Below are positions 10,580 through 21,280 of a DNA stretch of 64,000 bases, piece after piece. This DNA comes from an uncultured Candidatus Binatia bacterium. GTDB lineage: Bacteria; Desulfobacterota; Binatia; Bin18. A program made the translations under genes and the position numbers. Numbering within the stretch: position 1 is the stretch's first letter; the number at the start of each line of letters is the position of its first letter. The stretch is from assembly GCA_965214605.1 (NCBI GenBank), contig OZ243961.1, positions 1,408,001 to 1,472,000 on the forward strand. Direction: 5' to 3'. The notes beneath the pieces were generated by a model. The model saw only the letters and a program-made list of their open reading frames with translations. It had not been told where the DNA came from and searched no databases.

Positions 10580-11239
10580 TTACACTTTCGGTCGGTCGGC
10601 GCTAAAGACGCCATACTCGTGCAGCACTCGAGCGGTATGCGGTGCGAGCTGCTTGTGCTCACACTGTTTGAGATCTTCCACCGAGTCCAGATCGAAGCGG
10701 ATGCTTGGCGCCTCAACAACACGACACGCAATACCCTGTTGACGGGCGGCCTTCTGATGGGCAGCCAAGCTTGGCCCGCCAAAACACGGCTGCATGACCA
10801 ACGGGGGCACACGCATAAAGGCGTTAGTCCCGTCCCCGTACTTACAGCGCACGAGCAGGATCTCGGGCTGACCGCTCAGCTGGGCGAACAGCCGGGCGAT
10901 GTCTTGGGGTCGGATAAGCGGCAAATCAGACAGCAACACCAAGAGCGTCGTTGCCCCGCGGTGCAGACAAAAGTCCGTCCCTAACCCGGTCGCCCCATTC
11001 AGTCCACGCGGATGCCCCTCATCGACGGTCGCAGCTCCCAGATCCCGGGCCAGAGCGAGCAGGGACGGGTCAGAGCTGACCACCGCGACCCGATCGACTG
11101 CCGAGACCTGAAAAACACTCGTCACCACATCGGTCAGCATGGCGCGCGACAGGGCCCGCCGGGCCGTCTTGGACAGTATGGGCGACAGACGGGTTTTCCC
11201 CCCGGCCAGGGCTTTAATCGGCACCAGTACGAAGTTCAT
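10580..11239 (-). CDS. cofC: 2-phospho-L-lactate/PEP guanylyltransferase (F420 biosynthesis)
   Basis: VPIKALAGGKTRLSP, AMLTDV, GLNGA, SDLPL, GDGTNA, FGGPS..AH, FDLDSVEDL. Confidence 0.88.
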   Translation of the reverse strand: MNFVLVPIKALAGGKTRLSPILSKTARRALSRAMLTDVVTSVFQVSAVDRVAVVSSDPSLLALARDLGAATVDEGHPRGLNGATGLGTDFCLHRGATTLLVLLSDLPLIRPQDIARLFAQLSGQPEILLVRCKYGDGTNAFMRVPPLVMQPCFGGPSLAAHQKAARQQGIACRVVEAPSIRFDLDSVEDLKQCEHKQLAPHTARVLHEYGVFSADRPKV

Positions 11240-11337
11240 AACAGTTCCATAGTGACGAATTTCTGCTTGCTGAACAAGAGCGGGTATGCTTACACTAGAG
11301 TCTTTGCAGATTTTGAAGGAAGGGATGGAGAATAGGG

Positions 11338-12555
11338 ATGAGACAGGTGGCTATCGTTGGAGCGGGTATGACCCGTTTTGCCAAACACATCGACCGGAGC
11401 ATGAAAGATTTGACCCGTGAGGCGATTGAAGCTTGCCTGAACTCGTCCGGCGTCAACAAAAAGAGCCTGGAAGCCGCAGCCGTCGGCAACGCCATGGCCG
11501 GTTTGCTCACCGGCCAAGAGTGCATCCGCGGCCAGGTCGTACTGCGCGACGTGCGCATAGCTGGCATTCCGGTTATCAATACCGAAAACGCCTGCGCTAG
11601 CGCGGGGACCGCTTTTCATCTGGCTTGGCTGTACGTTGCCTCCGGCATGTACGACACCGTCCTGGCCGTCGGCATGGAGAAGCTCTTTCACCGCGATAAA
11701 AGCCGCTCGCTTGCCGCCCTGGGCAGTGCAATTGATGTGGAGCTGATGGAGCAAACGGTTGCCACGATGAACGAGGCAACCGCTGACAATGGCGTCAAGG
11801 CCGGAGCTGGCAAGCCACATAGCCTGTTCATGGACTTTTATGCCCAGCTGGCTCGTGACCATATGGACACCTACGGCACGACCAAAGAACACTACGCCAA
11901 AATCGCAGCCAAAAACCATACGCATGGCAGCCTCAACCCTCACGCCCAGTTCCAAACGCCGCGCAGCCCCGAAGAAGTCCTGGCCGCACCACTGATCGCC
12001 GACCCGTTGACCCGTCTGATGTGCTCACCGATTGGCGATGGCGCGGCCGCCGTGGTGTTGACGAGCACCGACACAGCCAAGCGGTACACGAGCCAACCGG
12101 TTTACATCAGAGCCTCGGCCTTGTGTTCGGGCCAAGACCACCAGCCACACGAACCCAGCATTAGCCAACGCACGGCCCACACCGCGTATGAAGCGGCCAG
12201 TATTGGGCCCCAAGATCTAGACGTCGCCGAAATCCACGACGCCTCGGCCCCGGCTGAGCTGATGCTGTATGAAGAGCTGGGTCTGTGTTCGGTCGGTGAC
12301 GGCGGACGCCTCATCGACGAGGGGGTAACCGCCCTCGACGGCCATCTCCCCGTCAACCCCAGCGGGGGTCTGCTGGCCAAGGGCCATCCGGTTGGCGCCA
12401 CCGGAGTAGCCCAGATCGCCGAAATCTTCTGGCAGCTACGCGGCCAAGCGGGCAAACGCCAGGTTCCCCGGGCTAAAGTCGGACTGACCGAGAACGGCGG
12501 TGGCATGTTGCGCGGTGAGGCCGCTGCGGTGGCCGTTCATATTCTGAGTGTGTAG
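11338..12555 (+). CDS. Thiolase family protein, SCP2/SCPx type
   Basis: ENACASA (Cys), EIHDA, NPSGGLLAKGHPVGATG, C-terminal ENGGG instead of CxG. Confidence 0.88.
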   Translation: MRQVAIVGAGMTRFAKHIDRSMKDLTREAIEACLNSSGVNKKSLEAAAVGNAMAGLLTGQECIRGQVVLRDVRIAGIPVINTENACASAGTAFHLAWLYVASGMYDTVLAVGMEKLFHRDKSRSLAALGSAIDVELMEQTVATMNEATADNGVKAGAGKPHSLFMDFYAQLARDHMDTYGTTKEHYAKIAAKNHTHGSLNPHAQFQTPRSPEEVLAAPLIADPLTRLMCSPIGDGAAAVVLTSTDTAKRYTSQPVYIRASALCSGQDHQPHEPSISQRTAHTAYEAASIGPQDLDVAEIHDASAPAELMLYEELGLCSVGDGGRLIDEGVTALDGHLPVNPSGGLLAKGHPVGATGVAQIAEIFWQLRGQAGKRQVPRAKVGLTENGGGMLRGEAAAVAVHILSV

Positions 12556-13127
12556 TGCGTATTATCGCCGGGTCACGCGGTGGCCTCCAACTCAAAGCGC
12601 CCAAGAGCTACACAGTCCGGCCAACCGCCGATCAGGTCAGAGAAGCAATTTTTAATATCCTGGTCAGCCGCTTTCCGCTCCAAGGGACGGCCATCCTTGA
12701 CCTTTTTGCCGGCACTGGTGCGCTAGGCCTCGAAGCCCTGAGTCGGGGAGCTAAGTCGGCCGTTTTCGTTGATCAACATCCGGAAGCCCAGCGTACGATT
12801 CGGACGAATCTGCGCACAACCGGCTTGCGCCAGCGGGGCCGTATTTTGCGCGCCTATGCCGCAACCGGGCTGAAAATTGCCGCTCAGCAGGGGTTACGCT
12901 TCGAGGGGGTCTTCGTCGATCCGCCATACGGCGAGGGCTGGGTGGACAAAATACTCCGGACCTTGGCCAGCGGCCCCCTCCTCAGCCCAGACGCCTGGGT
13001 CGTAGTCGAGCACGATCCCCGTGAGAGCGGGGCTGAGGCTTACCTCCGTTTGGTATTGACGGATCGCCGTCGTTACGGCAAAACCGGGGTGTCCTTCTAT
13101 CAGTATCGAGACGAGGAGGCCGCGTGA
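12555..13127 (+). CDS. rsmD: 16S rRNA m2G966 methyltransferase
   Basis: RIIAG, RPTADQVREAIFNIL, LDLFAGTGALGLEALSRGA, DPPY. Confidence 0.94.
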   Translation: MRIIAGSRGGLQLKAPKSYTVRPTADQVREAIFNILVSRFPLQGTAILDLFAGTGALGLEALSRGAKSAVFVDQHPEAQRTIRTNLRTTGLRQRGRILRAYAATGLKIAAQQGLRFEGVFVDPPYGEGWVDKILRTLASGPLLSPDAWVVVEHDPRESGAEAYLRLVLTDRRRYGKTGVSFYQYRDEEAA

Positions 13128-13648
13128 AACGTCGGGGTATTTACCCAGGCTCTTTTGATCCACCGACCTACGGTCACATTGACATTGTCCGTCGCAGCTT
13201 AGAGATTGTTGACGAGGTCGTTGTGGCGGTGGTGTATAACCCACAGAAGCCAAACTATCTGTTCACGCCGGAGGAACGCCTCAACATGTTCCGTGAAGAG
13301 TTCCAAGAGGCTGGTGACCGAGTGATCTACGACAGTTTTTATGGACTGCTGGTTGACTATGTTGAGGAAATGCGGGCTACCATCGTGATTCGCGGCCTGC
13401 GGGCGGCGTCCGACTTTGAGTACGAATTTCAAATGGCTCTCATGAATCGACACATGAAACCGAACATTGAAACGATTTTTTTAGCGACCGGTGCCGCCCA
13501 TTTTTACACCGCCTCGCGCCTGGTCAAAGAAATTGCCAGCTTTGAGGGATCGGTCCGGGGACTTGTCCCACCCCACGTCGAACAACGTCTGCGAGAAAAG
13601 CTGGCCGAAAACTCCGAAGCGCCCGCAACCCCACATAGAAAACCATGA
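13124..13648 (+). CDS. coaD: Phosphopantetheine adenylyltransferase
   Basis: YPGSFDPPTYGHID, RGLRAASDFEYEFQMALMNR. Confidence 0.97.
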   Translation: MKRRGIYPGSFDPPTYGHIDIVRRSLEIVDEVVVAVVYNPQKPNYLFTPEERLNMFREEFQEAGDRVIYDSFYGLLVDYVEEMRATIVIRGLRAASDFEYEFQMALMNRHMKPNIETIFLATGAAHFYTASRLVKEIASFEGSVRGLVPPHVEQRLREKLAENSEAPATPHRKP

Positions 13649-14847
13649 CGAAGCTCGCCACACGTTTGTCACTCATCAAGCCCTCTCCCACTTTAGCCGT
13701 CACCGCCCAAGTCGCCGCGTTAGGCCGCCAGGGTATCAGCGTGATTGATTTCGGCGCCGGAGAACCCGACTTTGATACGCCCGACCATATCAAAGCGGCG
13801 GCTGTGGCCGCTATCAAACAGGGCCAGACAAAATACACCCCAGTCGGCGGAACCGCCGCCCTCAAAGAGGCGATTATCACTAAACTGGAACGGGATAATG
13901 GGCTCAGCTATACATTGTCAGAGGTAACCACAAACTCAGGTGGTAAACACACCTTATTCAACGCCTTCCACGCCCTGTTTGGAGCGGACGATGAAGTCCT
14001 GATTCCCACCCCCTATTGGGTCAGTTATTCCGACATGGTGATCCTGACCGGCGCACGGCCAAAGCTGCTGCCAACAACCGAGGAGACTGGTTTTAAGCTG
14101 ACCGCCGAGCAGCTCAGAGCTGCCATTGGTCCCAACAGCAAGGCCCTGTTGCTCAACAGCCCCTCAAACCCAACCGGTGCAGCCTATACGGAACAAGAGC
14201 TAGGCCGGTTGATTGAAGTGATTGAGCAGACAGCCTTGATCGTTATTTCGGACGATGTCTACGAGAAATTTTTGTACGATTCGCCTCGTTGTGCCCAGAT
14301 TTTGGCCCTCAAACCCAACCTGCGTGATAGAGTCCTGCTGGTCAACTCGGTTTCTAAGACCTACGCCATGACTGGCTGGCGCTTGGGGTATGCGGCAGGT
14401 CCGGCAGATCTGATCAAGGCGCTTGAAACGATCCAGAGCCAGAGCACCTCAAATCCCAGCTCTATTAGCCAAGCGGCGGCAGCGGCGGCTTTGACCGGGA
14501 CCCAAGAGCCGGTCGGCGTTATGGCAGCCGAGTTTGCCAAACGTCGCAACTACATCGTCGACCGCCTGCGCGCCATTCCCGACATCACCTGCACCCTGCC
14601 AGAAGGCGCCTTCTACGTATTCCCCAATGTGTCCGGCTACTTTGGAACAACAGGGCAGGACAGACGGATCGCATCGGCGACCGACCTTGCTCTATATCTG
14701 CTCGAAGAGGCCCGCGTTGCTCTAGTCGCCGGCGAGGGTTTCGGCGCGCCCAACAACGTCCGTATCTCGTATGCCACGTCAATGGCAAACCTAGAGAAAG
14801 GCATGGATCAGATTGAGGCCGCGCTCAAACGTTTAGGTCGGAGCTGA
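13645..14847 (+). CDS. aspC: Aspartate aminotransferase (class I PLP)
   Basis: GEPDFDTP, NSPSNPTG, DDVYE, SKTYAMTGWRLG. Confidence 0.9.
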   Translation: MTKLATRLSLIKPSPTLAVTAQVAALGRQGISVIDFGAGEPDFDTPDHIKAAAVAAIKQGQTKYTPVGGTAALKEAIITKLERDNGLSYTLSEVTTNSGGKHTLFNAFHALFGADDEVLIPTPYWVSYSDMVILTGARPKLLPTTEETGFKLTAEQLRAAIGPNSKALLLNSPSNPTGAAYTEQELGRLIEVIEQTALIVISDDVYEKFLYDSPRCAQILALKPNLRDRVLLVNSVSKTYAMTGWRLGYAAGPADLIKALETIQSQSTSNPSSISQAAAAAALTGTQEPVGVMAAEFAKRRNYIVDRLRAIPDITCTLPEGAFYVFPNVSGYFGTTGQDRRIASATDLALYLLEEARVALVAGEGFGAPNNVRISYATSMANLEKGMDQIEAALKRLGRS

Positions 14848-14964
14848 AGGCCGGTGTTCTCGGTCGAGCGACTGCGTGCGGTCGTCTCTTGCGACCGCGC
14901 ACGGTGCCAAAATCGAATGCAATCCACATCGTTGCGCGACTCTCTTAACGGCGGGAGCGTCTGA

Positions 14965-15181
14965 TATTCCTGAACGACGAGGCTGCGGACGTCCTGCAGG
15001 AGACCGAGGGCTTCGAGTTCATCCCCACGGCGCTCGGAACCCGCAAGGCCTTCGGCAACGCCGCGGCTCAGGGCCCCTGGCCGTCAGCGAGCTCAGGCCG
15101 CCAGACCTCAAGGCAGCCCAGGAAGTCGGCACGTTGTACAGGTATCTGTATGATGTCAGAGGAATATCAGGAGGATATTAA
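14965..15181 (+). pseudogene. C-terminal remnant of a plasmid-type ParA ATPase
   Basis: Two joined frames read NDEAADVLQETEGFEFIPTALGTRKAFGNAAAQG / LAVSELRPPDLKAAQEVGTLYRYL; frameshift near 15075; N-terminus absent. Confidence 0.65.
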
Positions 15182-15193
15182 CCGGGAGGCTGC

Positions 15194-15444
15194 ATGACTA
15201 TTGCCCGCAAACCCAAAGGCAGGCCCCAAGCCTCGGAGAGCAAAATCGCCGCGCTCATCGACAAGGGCGGCAGCACGCGGCCAGGCCGTAACAGCTGCGC
15301 CCAGACGACCTGGGCGGTGGCGCTGCGGATTCCAGGACCGCTGGCGGACCGCCTGACCCGGGCGCTGGAAGAAAAATGACGCGCATGCCGAGGCACACGC
15401 GGATCCTTGAAGCTATCGTTGAGAAGCTCGACCGCGAGGCTTGA
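15194..15444 (+). pseudogene. Frameshifted ribbon-helix-helix (ParG/CopG-like) partner of ParA
   Basis: MTIARKPK...IAALIDKGGS...VALRIPGPLADRL, then a shifted frame MPRHTRILEAIVEKLDREA*; GGAGG RBS. Confidence 0.55.
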
Positions 15445-15520
15445 GCACCTAAGTCGCGGGTAGCACGCTACCACGGAACTCCCCCGACACAGCCAGCTCG
15501 GCACATGAGGGCTTGTGCTC

Positions 15521-15920
15521 ATGGCGGATATTTACCAGCCCACGACAGGCTTTTCCGATCCGTCTTTTCCGACGCCTCCGAGGCGGCCGCCTTGCCCCAG
15601 GCGGCCGCCCTGCCCGAGACGCTCCAGAACACCTTCTCTTTGAGCACCAGTCGTCACCAGCCCCATGGATACGTCTTCGGCTCCTCCGGTACTGTTGCAG
15701 AATCTGGGAAGCCGACCGGCGTGACGATCCGGATCGTCGCGAGCTGTGCCCGATCGTGCCGGTAGTATTTTATCAGGGAGCTCGTGGTTGGAACCATTCG
15801 ACCGAGTTCAGCCACCTTTTTCCCGAGGCCGCACGGGCCTTGCCGTGGGTGCCACGGTTCACTCACGAGTTGATCGACCAGACTGCCCTCGCGCCGGAGG
15901 TGGTGGCTGGTAGCCTCAGT
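15521..15920 (+). pseudogene. Rpn/YhgA-like nuclease, N-terminal fragment with frameshifts and internal deletion
   Basis: MADIYQP/HDRLFRSVFSD..., LLFEHQSSPAPWIRLRLLRYCCRIWE, PIVPVVFYQG..W. Confidence 0.8.
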
Positions 15921-16189
15921 TGTTGCGGGATGTGCCGGGGATGGGCTCGGCGATCTCGTCGAGGCGCCAGGGCTCGTCGCGGAACAGCTCGTGATGTAGC
16001 GGGGATGCACGGGGTTGTGGGTGAGTACACCCATGTACCTGGGCGCCGTAGGCCTCGGTGTAGTACTCGGCAATCCGGGCGAGCAGGCGAAGCGGCCACT
16101 ACTGGGCGTCTGCGGTCCGCAGGACGGGCTTGGCCAGAGTGCTGGGCTTCGGTGTCGCGGTCGAGTACCAGCGCGGTCCGCGCAGTTGC

Positions 16190-16345
16190 GCTGTGGATGC
16201 CTCAATGACGTTCCACGTCACCCCGACCCGCAACAGACCTTCTACCACTTCGACTTGAGATTCTGTCCGCCCTTTGGCTTCGCTTTTCGCCCAGCCTTCG
16301 GCCAGCAGTTCCTCTGCATACGTCGATCGCACCTTCTTGCTGCTC
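16190..16345 (-). pseudogene. Rpn/YhgA C-terminal fragment in the opposite orientation
   Basis: TYAEELLAEGWAKSEAKGRTESQVEVVEGLLRVGVTWNVIEAST matches the EG..EG Rpn tail. Confidence 0.6.
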
Positions 16346-17011
16346 AAGTCCGTGGTGCCTGGTCGCCTGATCGAGGCGACCCTGTTGGTGGAGCCGAATG
16401 CGCTAAGCCCTAGATGATACGATAAGCCATACCCACTACGGGGGGCGTGGCAATCTCTCTCCCTAAACGTGAGGCCTTCATAGATTGCAATTAGGAAAGA
16501 GTCACTAGCCTCGACCGCCGTGACACCGATAACCGGTTTGTGTATCTGAGAGACAACGAAAGGGTAAGGATAGAGTTGCCCTCTCATTCCAAGTTCCGAA
16601 GGCTTGCCCGCCAGCTCCCGGACGGCCTGCTCCGGCCCGTCTAGCGGCTGGAGGACGTCTCACAAGGGGGCGGCGAGTGCCGTCTGCAAGAAATCCCCAA
16701 AGCTCAGAGCTGTTGTGTCATGTTCTAGGGCGCATCCTATGCTGGGGCGACGATATTGTTCCCCAACACGACGTCATCGCGCAAAGCAGTGTGGGACGTC
16801 TCGCAATACCCCTTAGAGTTCGGCTCTCTACGCTAGGACGCGGTTGTCATTCTAAACACTTTCTGGTTTTCGATTTTTCTCAATCTTGTCGGAAGGAACG
16901 CGCCTGGAACGTAACTATCTGTATTTGTTGGATTATTTCTTAGGCGCTGGTTCTTTACATACAGCGTGTCAACCCTAATCGCAACACCGCGACTCCGGCG
17001 ACGGCGAAATC

Positions 17012-17329
17012 TTACGCAACCGCCCCGAGACCGTGCTTCGCCACCAGCGTCAGCAGCTTCAGCGAGGTGCCGCCCGGGCGTTTCTCGCCGCGCTCCCACT
17101 GGCTCACCAGCCCGGTCGTCACGTTGAGGTAGCACGCGAACACCGCCTGGCTGGCATTCTCGCGAAGTCGAAGCGTGCGGATGTCCTCCGGCGTCATCTC
17201 CTCGACCGGCGTCAAGCACCTCTCGTCGAAGACCTTCATCGTCCGCTTGGACATCACCCCCGCTTCCGCCAGACCGAGCGCCGCCTCATGGGCTGCCGCC
17301 AGCGCTTCACTTTTGTACTGTCTAGTCAT
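17012..17329 (-). CDS. XRE/HTH antitoxin (HigA-like)
   Basis: IRTLRLRENASQAVFACYLNVTTGLVSQWERGEKRPGGTSLKLL HTH; overlaps the toxin stop. Confidence 0.88.
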   Translation of the reverse strand: MTRQYKSEALAAAHEAALGLAEAGVMSKRTMKVFDERCLTPVEEMTPEDIRTLRLRENASQAVFACYLNVTTGLVSQWERGEKRPGGTSLKLLTLVAKHGLGAVA

Positions 17330-17696
17330 CGCATGTCACCTCGATAATCGCCCCAGCCGCCAACACCGCCGCGAGACCCAGCGGGTCCAGCGCCAGATAC
17401 TCGTCGGCCAGCAGCCGGAAGGTCACCAACTCGTCCCGGCGCAGGTTCTCCCGGCCACTCTTGGCGAATCCGTACACGAAGAACGCCAGTTCGCCCCGGC
17501 GAAACAGCACGATCGTGCGGAACCCGCCGGATCGACCACCACCCTTTCGGGCGATGCGCTGCTTGATGACGCCTCTGCCGAGATCGGCATCCACCAGTCC
17601 GTTCGCGATGCGCCCCACGGCATCGCACAGCGCACGGTCCCCAACCCCCTCGCGACGGGCGAAACGCGCGAAGGCCCTGGTCATGAACGTGCGCAA
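17322..17696 (-). CDS. RelE/ParE-family (HigB-like) toxin
   Basis: FARFARREG, DADLGRGVIKQRIARKGGGRSGGFRTI, FFVYGFAKSGRENL; toxin-first order. Confidence 0.88.
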   Translation of the reverse strand: MRTFMTRAFARFARREGVGDRALCDAVGRIANGLVDADLGRGVIKQRIARKGGGRSGGFRTIVLFRRGELAFFVYGFAKSGRENLRRDELVTFRLLADEYLALDPLGLAAVLAAGAIIEVTCDD

Positions 17697-17894
17697 TCCC
17701 GGTCCCGCTCGTATTCCGATTCCGTCACGCCGGGAGATATAGCACCCGGTATCACATCAATCAAGCCGGGTCAGGGCTCGTTTTTTGTCGACCTGGCGGG
17801 CGGTGCGCCCTTAGCGGTCCATTTGGGTACGCGTTTCGTTGTCAGCGTACCGAATTGAGCCTCATGGAGCTGCCATCGACCCCACCCCAATCGC

Positions 17895-18848
17895 ATGGAG
17901 AGCGATTATCTCCTCCGCGATGTGGTGAACCTGATCGACGGCATCCATTTCGATTCCTCCGAAGAAGTCCAGGTCTTGGGCCGCCTATACGAGACTCTTC
18001 TTCGCGAGACGCGCGATGCCGCTGGCGATTCGGGCGAGTTTTACACGCCACGTCCGGTAGTGCGGTTCATGGTCGAAGCGCTAGACCCTCGGCTGGGCGA
18101 GACCTTACTTGATCCGGCGTGCGGTACGGGCGATTTCCTCTGCGAGGCGTTCCAGCATCTGGAACCGCAGGCCGACACGGTCGAAAAACGGCGCGTGCTG
18201 CAGGACGACACACTTTTTGGGTGCGAGGCCAAGTCATGGCCGTTTTTGCTGGCCCAGCTCAATTTTCTGCTGCACAGCCTCCACGCGCCACGCATCGACC
18301 CCGGCAACGCCCTGCGCTTCCGCTTCCCCGAGATCGGCGAAGGGCAGCGGGTGAGCGTGATCCTGACCAATCCACCTTTTGGCGGCGAGGAAGAAGCAGG
18401 CATTCTCAACAACTTTCCAAAGGACCGGCGCACGGCGGAGACGGCGCTTCTGTTCCTCTAGCTCATCATGCGGCGACTCAAGCGCGGAGGGCACGGCCGC
18501 GCCGCAGTGGTCGTGCCCAACGGAACACTGTTCGGCGACGGCCTGTGTGCACGGAAATATTCCAAGAGCGCGCCGCTCGCTTACGAAGACCTCGCTGCCT
18601 GCCGTGACTGGTGGCACAACCGACAAGCAGACGAATGCGCTTGGAAGGTCTCCGCCGCAGCGCTCGTCAAGCGAAACTACGATGGAAATGTCACGGCCTG
18701 CAACCTGGATATCAAGAATCCCCATATGGGCGAGGTGGAGGATGATCGCGAGCCGATGGAAATCGTGGACGCGATCATAGAACGCGAACGGGCGATCATG
18801 TCCCTCATGGACAAGATCAAGGTCGAGTTGGCAGGACACGTCCGATGA
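17895..18848 (+). pseudogene. hsdM: Type I R-M methyltransferase, disrupted
   Basis: GEFYTPRPV, DPACGTG, TNPPFGG; in-frame TAG at 18459-18461 (LFL*LIMRRLK); deletion between GDGLCAR and KYSKSAPL; N-terminus missing. Confidence 0.85.
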
Positions 18849-19880
18849 CCTGGCATCAGATCCCGATGGATCGAACCCGATCCCGAAACAATCTACAAGC
18901 AGGTTACGGCGCGGTTATGGGGAAGGGCCTTACGCTCCGCGCGAAGGTTCCGGGCTCGGCGATTGCGGCAGCGCGGCAGCTACGTATACGGTCGGGGCAG
19001 TTCCTCATTTCGCGGATTGACGCTCGACACGGTGCGTTCGGAATAGTTCTTGACGAGTTGTATGGAGCACTCGTCAGGAATGACTTTCCATGCTTCGATA
19101 TCGACGCGCGGCTCGTCATCCCGCGTTACTTTGAATATTATTCCCGGACGTCGGCATTCGTTGGCCTATGCCGTCTTGTGAGCGAAGGCTCGACCAATCG
19201 CGTTAGGCTAAGGGAAAACGAATTTCTCAATGTACAAATACCCATTCCACACCTTGATGAGCAACGGCGGATCGTGGCGCGCCTCGATCGTGTTTTGGAG
19301 CTTATCGAAAAGCGGCGGCAGGCCATAGCGGCCTCCGAAACAGACATGCAGGTTTTGCAATCCAAGGCTTTCGAACGCGCCATCGCGGGCGCTCATCACG
19401 GCCCAATGGCTGAGGTTGCACCCCTTGTTCGCTGTCCGTTAGCCGAGATCGGCTTGGATAGGAGCTATCCTGAACTTGGTGTTCGCTCGTTCGGACGCGG
19501 CACATTTCACAAGCCCGCACTGGTCGGAATTGACGGCGGAACGAAAAAGGTGTTTCGTATCGTACCCGGCGACTTGGTGTTCACATCGTGTTCGCCTGGG
19601 AGGGCGCAGTCGCCATCGAGCAATCCGAGGACGAAGGGAGGTTCGGGTCCCATCGCTTTCTCACGTGCGGCCAGTACCCGGCACTGCAACGGTCCACTTC
19701 CTCCATTTCTACTTCCTGACACACCAAGGATTGGAGCGATTAGGCCAGGCATCGCCAGGAGGATTTGGCAGAAATCGTACGCTTGGTTTGAAGAAGCTCG
19801 AAGCCATCAATGTCCCCGTGCCTCCAATTGACGTACAACAATGGTTTGATCGCCTCCGGAGCAAGGCGCGAAGTGCGGAG
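18845..19880 (+). pseudogene. hsdS: Type I R-M specificity subunit, frameshifted
   Basis: IPIPHLDEQRRIVARLD conserved region; frameshift near 19581 (GDLVF/IVFAWEGAVAI); second repeat INVPVPPIDVQQWFD in another frame. Confidence 0.82.
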
Positions 19881-20056
19881 TATCTGTTCGGTGACCTCTG
19901 CAGAATTAGCAGCCCATGCTGCACGAAGTGTTTGTAAACGGCGTAGGAAGGGGGATTTAGACGAGCTCTGCCGCATAGCGTCCGTTGATCTGAACTACGC
20001 CAATCTGTCGGTCGGGAGAAGCTACTACATGGTCCGACTCGGATCCACCGTGGTAT

Positions 20057-21280
20057 TCATCAGCTCAAATCCGATCGGCAACCCGCTACGCGGGCTCACG
20101 AAGCTGTTCGACCGTCCAGTCGGCAGCGTAGCCCTCCGTCACGTCGGGTGGCCGGGCGTGGTTGACCAGTCGCTTGGTCAGCGAGCGCCGGCAGCATCAG
20201 TTCGCGCTCGGCCACTGTGATGAAGGCGTTGCGCAGTCCGTGGAACCAGAAGCGGGTACCGCTGGCCTTGGTGACGCGGGGATAGAACTGCGAAAGTGCG
20301 AGACATGGCCCGACCTGGCCTTCCTGGGGGCCGGAAAGAGCCAGCCCTCCGGTTGCGCGTCCGGCTCGCCGCCGTCCGCGCGGCGGCGCTCGAAGATGAC
20401 GGCGAGTTACCGGGTGATCGGAAGCTCAAGAGGCTCTCCGGTCTTGGTCTCCTCGACTCTGAGAACACGCCGCTCCAGGTCCACCCGCTCCCAACAGCGA
20501 CAGGACCTCGCCCATGCGCATGCCGGTGTAGAGGCCGATGCAGGAAGATGTCGCGGATCGCCGGGTCAAGGTCCACCGCATCCATACCCGCGCGGCAGCG
20601 CGGCAGCACCTCGGCCGGAGACGAGATCCGCCGTCGCATGCAGTCGAAACGGCCACCGGTCGCGAGCCACAACTCCACCGGATTGCGCAGGTTCTCATGG
20701 GCGACGCAGGGCCGGCGATAGTATTGAGCGCAGCATTAACATCGTCTGCTTGGCGGCGGCCCAGCCATGCTTGCCGGTGATGAGATTGAAGCGATCCTTC
20801 ACGTCCTGCCGGAAGATGCAGCCCAGAGGGCGCTTCAGCCAGTCCCCGAGATTGACCCAAAGGTTCTGCCAGTAGAGCCTGACCGTGTTGGCCGCCCGGT
20901 TCGGATTGGCCCTCATGTAAGTCTCGAAGGCATCAGCCAGCGTCGGCACGCGGCGCGCTTCGGTCCGCTCGCCGGCTAGGTCCTCGCCCCAGGCGACGCG
21001 CCCGAGCAGGTCCTGGGCCTTCTTCCGCGCCTCGTCGGGAGCCATGCGGCCGTAGCGCCGATGACGACGTGCTTGTTCGGCGACTTGCGACCGCCGTCGC
21101 CGGGACGGTAGTTGACGATGAAGGACTTGGTTCCCGAAGGCTGGACGCGGACACCGAATCCGGTGAGGCAGTCGTCCTAGGCGATCCAGGATTTCTCGCC
21201 GGGATCGAGGGCCTCGACGGCGCGCTTGCTCAGGTGGGTCCTGACCCTGTCCGATGCGTTTTCCGGGGTTCGTGCCTATG
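20057..21280 (-). pseudogene. Tyrosine integrase with N-terminal arm-binding domain; multiple stops and frameshifts
   Basis: HLSKRAVEAL...IA*DDCLTGFGVRVQPSGTKSF, GRMAPDEARKKA, LYTGMRMGEV, ETKTG, FHGLRNAF, LVNHARP..VTEGY spread over several frames. Confidence 0.88.

Noticed and set aside
14848-14960. tRNA/att target at the island's left edge
   Set aside because: Only an imperfect GC hairpin (about 14874-14903) is present; no cloverleaf and no direct repeat matching the right edge.
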